Positions 25,585 to 32,000 of a DNA stretch of 32,000 nt are shown one piece after another. Both the position numbers and the translations under genes were made by a program. Source of the DNA: Mycolicibacterium smegmatis (GTDB lineage: Bacteria; Actinomycetota; Actinomycetes; Mycobacteriales; Mycobacteriaceae); the NCBI RefSeq assembly GCF_001457595.1, contig NZ_LN831039.1, positions 5,730,001 through 5,762,000 of the forward strand, read 5' to 3'. The notes beneath the pieces are model-generated. The model was not told the DNA's origin. It searched no databases and was given only the letters and a program-made list of their open reading frames with translations. Each line of letters begins with the position of its first letter. The stretch's first letter is position 1.

Positions 25585-27046
25585 GCGAAGCGGTACCGGC
25601 GCCGGTCCGGGGCGACGCGAAACTCACCGCCTCGAAACCGTGCTCGCGGGCATCGCTTTGCGCCTTGGCCTGTTCGGCGGCCAGATCCAGAGATCTCGCC
25701 ATCAGCAGGTAGGCGACCGCGGACGCGAACAACCCCACGAACAGCGCGACGTCGACGCCACCGAGCGCGTTGGCGACCGGACCCGTGTACCAGACGGTGA
25801 CCACGAACGGGATCATCGCGATGATCCCGATCGCGTAGGCGGCCAGACCCCGCCACCCCCAGGTGCCGTACACGCCGCCCCGTGGCACGAAGATCTCGCC
25901 GATGGCATAGCGTCCGCGGCGGACGAAGTAGTAGTCGACGAGGTTCACCGACGTCCACGGCACCAGCAGGTACAACAGGATCACCAGGAAACTGCCGAAG
26001 TTGTCGAGGAACTCACCGGTGCTCAGCACCGCGCCCAGCAAGCCGGCCAAACCGATCACCACACATGCGCCCACCCTGAGCCGCCGGGTCGGCGACACCG
26101 CGCGGAACGAGTCGATGATCGTGATCAGCTCGATCGACGACGCGTAGATGTTGACCGTGATGACCGTGACCAGGCCGGGCAGCGCCGCCACGAGCAGCCA
26201 CAGACCCGCACCCGGCAGGATGCCGTCGGCGGCCTGCCTGACCGCCTCAAGCGGTGAGACGTCGGCGAACAGCGCCGCGACGAACGCCCCGAGGATCATC
26301 AGCCAGGAGCTACCGACGAACACCCCGCCGTAGGTGTAGAACAGCGCCTTGCCCGGGCTGGTCTGCGGCGGCAGGTACCGGGAGTAATCGGAGACGTACG
26401 GAGCCCAGCCCAGTGCGTAGGCCGCGGCGGCGGCGAACTGGACCAGGAAGGCAGGCCAGCTGAACCCGGCGAAGCCGAACTGCCCGTGCGGCAGGTGCAG
26501 CGTGACGAGCGCCACCACCGTGAACACCCCGAAGGTCGCCAAAAACAGCCAGGTGAGCCAGTTTTGGACGCGGTGGATCCAGTGGTAGCCGTAGATCGCG
26601 AGGGCCAGCGCGAGGGCGGTGATGATCACGAACCACAGATTGCGGGCATCGACGCCGGTGGTCATGGTGAGCACATCACCGGCGAGGATCTGATTGAAGA
26701 TGTTGAAGCCCACGATGCTGAAGATCACGACGGCGCAGATCACCACGACGCCGCGATACCCGAACTGCGCGCGCGACTGGATCATTTGCGGTAGGCCCAA
26801 CTGTGGGCCCTGCGCGGAGTGGAACGCGGTGAACACCGTCCCGACGGCGGCGCCGAGCACGATGGCCACCAACGACGTCAGGAACGACGCGCCGAGGGAC
26901 GCACCCACCATGCCCGTCGCGAGCGTAGTGAGGTTCGCATTCGACATGAACCACAGCGGAAACAGCATCGAGGGCTTGCCGCGGCGTTCGCCGAGCGGAA
27001 TCCAATCGATCGACTTCGATTCGACCGTCGCAGAGTCGGTGGCCAT
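25559..27046 (-). CDS. NCS1-family permease (purine/cytosine/hydantoin/allantoin-type)
   Basis: 495 aa with about 12 TM segments and an N-terminus typical of NCS1 (IDWIPLGERRGKPSMLFPLWFMSNANLTTLATG). It is the last gene of a 3-gene operon. Confidence 0.85.
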   Translation of the reverse strand: MATDSATVESKSIDWIPLGERRGKPSMLFPLWFMSNANLTTLATGMVGASLGASFLTSLVAIVLGAAVGTVFTAFHSAQGPQLGLPQMIQSRAQFGYRGVVVICAVVIFSIVGFNIFNQILAGDVLTMTTGVDARNLWFVIITALALALAIYGYHWIHRVQNWLTWLFLATFGVFTVVALVTLHLPHGQFGFAGFSWPAFLVQFAAAAAYALGWAPYVSDYSRYLPPQTSPGKALFYTYGGVFVGSSWLMILGAFVAALFADVSPLEAVRQAADGILPGAGLWLLVAALPGLVTVITVNIYASSIELITIIDSFRAVSPTRRLRVGACVVIGLAGLLGAVLSTGEFLDNFGSFLVILLYLLVPWTSVNLVDYYFVRRGRYAIGEIFVPRGGVYGTWGWRGLAAYAIGIIAMIPFVVTVWYTGPVANALGGVDVALFVGLFASAVAYLLMARSLDLAAEQAKAQSDAREHGFEAVSFASPRTGAGTASLTDGGQSS

Positions 27047-27058
27047 GAGATCTCGTTC

Positions 27059-27904
27059 CTAGTCAGGGATATCGGTGGCGGCCTCGCCGGATTCGACAAG
27101 GTCGCGGTACAGGTCGGGTCGGCGATCGGCCAGTGCGTCGTTGCGGTCGCCGATCGCCTTGCTGTCGGTCAGGTCCAGGACGGCTGTCGCGATCGTCTCG
27201 TCGCCCTGTGGTGTCGCCTTGATCCAGCCGTCCGGGCCGATCACCGCGGTCCCGCCGGTCCACCGGACACCACGCTCGGTGCCGCGGCGGTCGGCGATCA
27301 CGGTCGCCAGTTGCGACGACCGCGCGGCAGCCATCGCCTGGATGGTTTCGGGGGCATGCTCACCCTCCGGCCGGTCCACCAGCGGCCAGTTCACCGGCAG
27401 GGCCAGCACCTCGGCTCCGCGCAGGGCGAGTCGTCTTGGCAGCTCGGGGAATTCGTTGTCGTAGCAGATCGCGACCCCGAGCCGGCAGATCGCGGTGTCG
27501 ATGACCGTCCCCGCTTCGACGCCGGTCGCGAAGATCTCCGGTTCGGCCGCCCACAGGTGCGCTTTGCGGTAGGTACCGACCACTTTGCCGTCACCGATGA
27601 CGATGGCCGAGTTGTATAGCGTGTCACCGTCGACCTCCGCGAAGCCCACCACGGCGACGCAATCCGCCGGGACGTCATCGGCCAGTGCGGTCAACCGTGC
27701 ATCGTCGGCGCGCAATGACAGGGCTCGGGCCTCGTCGATGTCAGTGAAGACGTACCCGCTGGTGGCGAGTTCGGGCAACACCGCCAGGTACGGGCCGGTC
27801 CACTCGATGGCCCGCAGGGCATTGTGCAAACGTGCGAGGTTGCCATCGAGATCGCCGATGACGATGTCGGGCGTGACCGCCGAGACGCGCAGCTTCCGGT
27901 TCAT
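27059..27904 (-). CDS. carbon-nitrogen hydrolase (nitrilase-superfamily amidohydrolase)
   Basis: The nitrilase-superfamily E-K-C triad context is present: LPELATSGY (Glu), YRKAHLW (Lys), VAICYDNEFPE (Cys). The start is taken at ATG 27904 (MNRKLRVSAV...). The ORF-track extension to 28069 overlaps the upstream gene. Confidence 0.85.
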   Translation of the reverse strand: MNRKLRVSAVTPDIVIGDLDGNLARLHNALRAIEWTGPYLAVLPELATSGYVFTDIDEARALSLRADDARLTALADDVPADCVAVVGFAEVDGDTLYNSAIVIGDGKVVGTYRKAHLWAAEPEIFATGVEAGTVIDTAICRLGVAICYDNEFPELPRRLALRGAEVLALPVNWPLVDRPEGEHAPETIQAMAAARSSQLATVIADRRGTERGVRWTGGTAVIGPDGWIKATPQGDETIATAVLDLTDSKAIGDRNDALADRRPDLYRDLVESGEAATDIPD

Positions 27905-27917
27905 CAGACCGTACCCG

Positions 27918-29273
27918 TCATCGGCGGCTCGCCGCCGGCGTACCGTCGAAAACCGCTGAGTCACGGCCGATCTCCTCGATTCTGATCGTGGCCGTCGCCT
28001 CATGGGCGGCCAGTCCCTCGAATGCCGAGATGCGCTCGACGGCGGGTGCCAGTGCGGCGGTCGCCTCACGGGCCGCGCGCTGATAGGTCAGCGGTTTGAC
28101 GAATCGCGAAACCGAGAGGCCTGCGTTGTAGCGGGCCGTCTTACCGGTCGGCAGCACGTGGTTGGTGCCCGCGATGCCCTTGTCGGAGTAGGCGACGGTG
28201 CTCCACCTGCCCAGGAACAGGGACCCGTAGTTGCGCAGCCGCTTGAGGAAGTAGTCGTCGTCGGCGGTCTGCACTTCGAGATGCTCGGGTCCGAGGACAT
28301 CGGCGATCGCCGCGGCCTGTTCGGCATCCGAGGCGACGAGCACCGACCCGAAATCGCGCCACGCAGGCCCGGCGACCTCGCGGGTCGCCAACGTCTCGAG
28401 CTGCCGGTCGATGGCCTCGATCACCCTGCGGCCCAACGTCTCCGACGTCGTGATCAGGGCGGCCGGCGAGTTCGGTCCGTGCTCGGCCTGACCCAGCAGG
28501 TCGGCGGCGACCCATTCCGGATCTGCCGTCTCGTCGGCGAGCACGGCGACTTCGGAGGGACCCGCGAGCAGGTCGATGCCGACCCGGCCGAACAGCTGAC
28601 GTTTGGCTTCGGTGACGAAGGCGTTCCCCGCGCCGACGAGCATGTCGACCGGCCCGTCACCGATGAGCCCGAATGCCATGGCGCCCAACGCCTGTACACC
28701 GCCGACGGCGAACACCGAATCGGCGCGCGACAGGTAGGCACCGTAGAGCACCGCGGGATGGGCACCGTGCTCACCCGACGGCGGTGTGCAGGCCAGCACC
28801 GTGGGCACGCCGGCTGCCTTGGCGACACCGACGGTCATGAACGCGCTGGCCAGAAGCGGGAAACGCCCGGCGGGCAGATAGGCCCCGACCCGGTTGACCG
28901 GTACGTACTGAACGCCGCCGGTCACCCCAGGCGCGAGTTCGATCTCGAAGTCGGTGAGCCGGGCACGTTGTGCCACCGCGAACCGGTTGGTGCGCTCGTA
29001 GCCGAGCTCCAGCGCCTCACGAAGATCGGCCGGGAGGGCGTCGCCGCTCTTGCGCAGTTCATCGGCGCCGATCTCGAGCGGGCCGGACCACCCGTCGAGC
29101 TCTCGGGCGTAGGCACGCACCGCGTCGAGGCCTCTGCGTTCGATGTCGAGCAGCATCTGCGACACGCGTTCGACGACCTTCGGGTCGCGCTGCGCAGGCG
29201 GGCCGTCGACTGCGGGTTTCTTCAGCCAGGTGAAAGGGCCGAGGGTGCGAGCTTCATCGGTCGTGATCTGCAT
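27918..29273 (-). CDS. histidinol-dehydrogenase-family (HisD-like) NAD-dependent dehydrogenase, non-his-operon paralog
   Basis: 451 aa with HisD-family motifs (YVPVNRVGAYLPAG, GAGNAFVTEAKRQLFG, GPSEVAVLAD, QAEHGPNS, NHVLPTGKTARY). No other histidine-biosynthesis gene is nearby. Confidence 0.85.
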   Translation of the reverse strand: MQITTDEARTLGPFTWLKKPAVDGPPAQRDPKVVERVSQMLLDIERRGLDAVRAYARELDGWSGPLEIGADELRKSGDALPADLREALELGYERTNRFAVAQRARLTDFEIELAPGVTGGVQYVPVNRVGAYLPAGRFPLLASAFMTVGVAKAAGVPTVLACTPPSGEHGAHPAVLYGAYLSRADSVFAVGGVQALGAMAFGLIGDGPVDMLVGAGNAFVTEAKRQLFGRVGIDLLAGPSEVAVLADETADPEWVAADLLGQAEHGPNSPAALITTSETLGRRVIEAIDRQLETLATREVAGPAWRDFGSVLVASDAEQAAAIADVLGPEHLEVQTADDDYFLKRLRNYGSLFLGRWSTVAYSDKGIAGTNHVLPTGKTARYNAGLSVSRFVKPLTYQRAAREATAALAPAVERISAFEGLAAHEATATIRIEEIGRDSAVFDGTPAASRR

Positions 29274-29357
29274 GCCGGCGACGGTAGGCCGAAATCAGAC
29301 AAAGGACTAGATGGGCAACTCCTGCACAAACCAAAGGACAACCCTGTATGTGCTGGT

Positions 29358-30314
29358 TCAGCGCCCCCGACGCGCGATCAGCGGCGCAACTTCGTCGGGG
29401 CCGGACAGCGCCGATGGGATGTGCAACTCGCGAATCGTGTCCTCGGCGAGGCGTGCGAACTCACGGGTGGCGTTGGACAGCGGGCGAGCGCGATGCTGCG
29501 CGAGGGCGATCACGTCGTACAACGGCTCGGCGAACGGTGCGGTGTGCAGGGCGGCCGGGAACGCATCGCTGTCGATCACGGCGCCGCTGGCGATGGTGTC
29601 GCCCACCTTGCCCGCGGCCAGTTTCAGCGCGGCCTCGACGTGTTCGATCTCGATCATCGGCTCCAAGCGCAGACCGGCCAGTTGTGCACGCTCCGCCAGT
29701 TGCCTGCGGGTCGGATCCTTCCACCCGTAATGGGCGTCGTAGAGCACCAGGTCGGCCTCGGAGAACTGTTGTATGGTAACGGGTTCCGCGGCGCGCGCCG
29801 GATCCGCCGTCACGTAGAAGACCTCGTCGCGCAGCAGGGGGCGAACCGTCAGATCCTCGTCGTCGATCGGTAGGATGAGCATCCCCGCTTCGATCTCGCC
29901 GGCCTGTATCGCCGCGGCGGTCTCGGCGGAGTTCTGCCCGACCAACCGCACCCGTACCGCGGGATAGCGCATGTGAAAGGTCTGGACCAGGCTGGACAGC
30001 AGGTAGTAGTCCGCGTTGCGGGGCATACCGAAGGTTGCGGTTCCGCCACCGAGCGAGCCGAGTGAGCGGACCGCGTGCACGCCGCCGTCGGCCGCGTGCA
30101 CGGCCTGCTCCGCATACGGCAACAACTCCTGACCCGCGGCGGTGAGCGCGAGCCTGCGGCTGCCGCGGACGAACAACTGGGCGTCGAGCTCTTCTTCGAG
30201 ACGACGCACCAGTTCGGAGACCGACGCCTGGGCGACGGCCAGCGCATCGGCGGCAGCGGTGAACGAGCCAAGGCGGTGCGCTTCGACGAAAGCCCGAAGT
30301 TGATTGAGCGTCAT
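29358..30314 (-). CDS. LysR-family transcriptional regulator
   Basis: The LysR HTH is MTLNQLRAFVEAHRLGSFTAAADALAVAQASVSELVRRLEEELD. The start is taken at ATG 30314. The remainder of ORF 29358..31487 is antisense to the epoxide hydrolase gene. Confidence 0.85.
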   Translation of the reverse strand: MTLNQLRAFVEAHRLGSFTAAADALAVAQASVSELVRRLEEELDAQLFVRGSRRLALTAAGQELLPYAEQAVHAADGGVHAVRSLGSLGGGTATFGMPRNADYYLLSSLVQTFHMRYPAVRVRLVGQNSAETAAAIQAGEIEAGMLILPIDDEDLTVRPLLRDEVFYVTADPARAAEPVTIQQFSEADLVLYDAHYGWKDPTRRQLAERAQLAGLRLEPMIEIEHVEAALKLAAGKVGDTIASGAVIDSDAFPAALHTAPFAEPLYDVIALAQHRARPLSNATREFARLAEDTIRELHIPSALSGPDEVAPLIARRGR

Positions 30315-30332
30315 ACCGTGCAGTATTGACCC

Positions 30333-31445
30333 ATGACCGACTCGTTGATCCGCCCGTTCCGCATCGCCGTACCCGACGCCGATCTCGACGACCTCAAGAG
30401 CCGCCTGTCCCGCACCCGCTGGCCCGAGCCGGAAACCGTCGACGACTGGGGTCAGGGCATACCGCTGGACTACACCCGCGAGCTCGCCGAGTACTGGGCG
30501 AACGGCTACGACTGGCGCGCCCGCGAACAGGCGCTGAACCGCTTCGACCACTACGTCACCGAACTCGACGGGCTCGACATCCACTTCATCCACCAGCGCT
30601 GCGCACGCCCCGACGCGTTTCCCCTGCTGCTCACCCACGGCTGGCCCGGATCGATCGTCGAATTCCACAAGGTGATCGAACCGCTCACCGAGGCCGGGTT
30701 CGACGTGGTCTGCCCGTCGCTGCCCGGCTACGGCTTCTCCGGCAAGCCCACGACGACCGGGTGGGGCATCGGCAGGATCGCCCAGGCGTGGGACACCCTC
30801 ATGACCCGGCTGGGCTATGACCGCTACGGCGCGCAGGGCGGCGACTGGGGCGCGGCCGTCACGACGCAGATCGGCCGCAACGTGGGCAATTGTGTTGGCA
30901 TTCATGTGAACATGCCGATCGCGCGGCCACCCGCCGAAGGCGTCGGTGAGATGACCGAGGAGGTGCGACAGGCGCTGGAACGGATGCAGTACTACCGCAA
31001 ATGGGATTCCGGCTACATGAAGCAGCAGTCGACGCGGCCGCAGACCGTGGGCTACGGCCTGGTCGACTCGCCCGTGGGGCAGCTGGCTTGGATCGTCGAG
31101 AAGTTCTGGTCGTGGATGGACTGCGACGGCCACCCCGAGAACGTGCTGAGCCGCGACGAACTGCTCGACAACGTGATGCTGTACTGGGTCACCGCGTCGG
31201 CGGCGTCCTCGGCGCGGCTGTACTGGGAGAGTTACGACACCTTCGCAGGTGGCGACTTCGTGACGCTGCCCACCGGCGTGGCGTCGTTCCCCAAGGAGAT
31301 CCTGCGCGCGCCGCGGGCCTGGTGCGAAAAGGCGTACAACGTCACGCATTTCACGATGATGCCGCGCGGTGGGCACTTCGCGGCGTTCGAGCAGCCCGAG
31401 CTTTTCGTCGAGGATGTCGCGAAATTCTTCGACAGCGTGCGCTGA
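30333..31445 (+). CDS. epoxide hydrolase (microsomal-type, EHN N-terminal domain + alpha/beta fold)
   Basis: It has the EHN domain (IRPFRIAVPDADLDDLKSRLSRTRWPE), the oxyanion motif HGWPGS, the Asp nucleophile elbow GGDWGA and a C-terminal GGHFAAFEQP. Confidence 0.9.
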   Translation: MTDSLIRPFRIAVPDADLDDLKSRLSRTRWPEPETVDDWGQGIPLDYTRELAEYWANGYDWRAREQALNRFDHYVTELDGLDIHFIHQRCARPDAFPLLLTHGWPGSIVEFHKVIEPLTEAGFDVVCPSLPGYGFSGKPTTTGWGIGRIAQAWDTLMTRLGYDRYGAQGGDWGAAVTTQIGRNVGNCVGIHVNMPIARPPAEGVGEMTEEVRQALERMQYYRKWDSGYMKQQSTRPQTVGYGLVDSPVGQLAWIVEKFWSWMDCDGHPENVLSRDELLDNVMLYWVTASAASSARLYWESYDTFAGGDFVTLPTGVASFPKEILRAPRAWCEKAYNVTHFTMMPRGGHFAAFEQPELFVEDVAKFFDSVR

Positions 31446-31457
31446 GCTTTTCTTTCG

Positions 31458-31515
31458 CGAGCAGACGTAAAACTGCCTATTTTGCAAGGAAATTGGGCAG
31501 TTTTGCGTCTGCTCG
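31458..31515. terminator. long hairpin (20-bp stem with one G-T pair, 18-nt loop) between convergent genes
   Basis: CGAGCAGACGTAAAACTGCC-tattttgcaaggaaattg-GGCAGTTTTGCGTCTGCTCG is flanked by partly complementary TTTTCTTTCG / GCAGAAGAAAA. It lies between the epoxide hydrolase stop (31445) and the ABC gene stop (31527). Confidence 0.6.
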
Positions 31516-31526
31516 GCAGAAGAAAA

Positions 31527-32000
31527 TCAGGCCAGCGAGTCGACCCAGGCACGGTGCAGCGCCGCGTAGGCACCGTCGGTGCGGCCGATCAGATCGGCGG
31601 GTGAGCCGTCCTCGATGATGCGGCCGTGTTCGAGCACGAGCACCCGGTCGGCGATCTGCACGGTCGACAACCGGTGGGCGATGACCAGTGCGGTGCGGTC
31701 GGCGAGCACCGTCTCCAGTGCACGTTGCACCATGCGCTCGCTGGGGATGTCGAGCGAGGACGTGGCCTCGTCGAGGATCAGCACCGCCGGGTCGGCGAGG
31801 AACGCCCGCGCGAACGCGATCAGTTGGCGCTGCCCCGCCGACAGGCGTCCGCCGCGCTTGGCGACGTCGGTGCCGTAACCCTCGGGCAGCGTCGCGATGA
31901 ACCGGTCGGCGCCGACGGCCTCGGCCGCCGCGCGCACCTGCGCATCGGTGGCGTCGGGCCTGCCGAAGCGGATGTTGTCGGCGACGGTGCCCTCGAACAT
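31527..32000 (-). CDS. ABC exporter ATP-binding domain (C-terminal part; gene continues beyond window)
   Basis: It has the signature LSAGQRQ, Walker [13 protein letters not shown] and the H-loop IAHRLST. It is open to the window edge. Confidence 0.85.
   Translation of the reverse strand: MFEGTVADNIRFGRPDATDAQVRAAAEAVGADRFIATLPEGYGTDVAKRGGRLSAGQRQLIAFARAFLADPAVLILDEATSSLDIPSERMVQRALETVLADRTALVIAHRLSTVQIADRVLVLEHGRIIEDGSPADLIGRTDGAYAALHRAWVDSLA

Noticed and set aside
1-32000. A search for mobile elements, prophage genes, CRISPR arrays, tRNA/rRNA genes and known multi-gene defence systems.
   Set aside because: I recognised no transposase, integrase, recombinase, Cas, restriction-modification or phage structural motifs in any frame. 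There are no tandem direct-repeat arrays and no cloverleaf-like tRNA sequences in the intergenic regions. The DUF559 gene and the MT0933/SRPBCC pair are the only defence- or TA-flavoured elements, and both are reported above with caveats.

Overview
This is a high-G+C actinobacterial chromosome segment, very probably from a fast-growing mycobacterium (Mycolicibacterium smegmatis-like). I call 27 protein-coding genes (two cut by the window edges) plus one tentative 27-codon ORF. I recognised no rRNA, tRNA, CRISPR array, transposase or integrase. Positions 2017-13483 reproduce the M. tuberculosis Rv0904c-Rv0910 neighbourhood: accD3, echA6, an MBL-fold hydrolase, a beta-lactamase-like lipoprotein, ctpE, an MT0933-type small protein and an SRPBCC protein. 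Two things differ from that neighbourhood. A GT4 glycosyltransferase plus amylo-alpha-1,6-glucosidase pair is inserted between accD3 and echA6, and a near-consensus CIRCE (HrcA) operator sits in the divergent region at the head of this co-directional array. Right of accD3 the window contains, in order: (1) a DUF559/PD-(D/E)xK endonuclease-like gene bracketed by two near-identical 56-bp palindromes; (2) a YhgE/Pip membrane protein paired with an ABC-type ATPase whose catalytic motifs are degenerate; (3) a clear M-box (Mg2+) riboswitch with an SD-sequestering expression platform, whose downstream cargo is only a 27-codon Pro-rich ORF and a short 3' relic of an mgtA-type P-type ATPase; (4) two small membrane proteins; (5) two translationally coupled acyl-CoA synthetases with a divergent GAF-LuxR regulator; (6) a secreted alpha/beta-hydrolase with Ala at the nucleophile position; (7) a LysR regulator; (8) a HisD-like dehydrogenase / nitrilase-family amidase / NCS1 permease operon; (9) a second LysR divergent from an epoxide hydrolase; (10) a partial ABC exporter. 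The observations I consider most worth follow-up are the CIRCE operator outside any chaperone context, the orphaned M-box/mgtA relic with its leader ORF, the palindrome-bracketed nuclease cassette and the YhgE/Pip-pseudo-ATPase pair. All calls rest on reading the translated ORFs and the DNA by eye. No database search was run.
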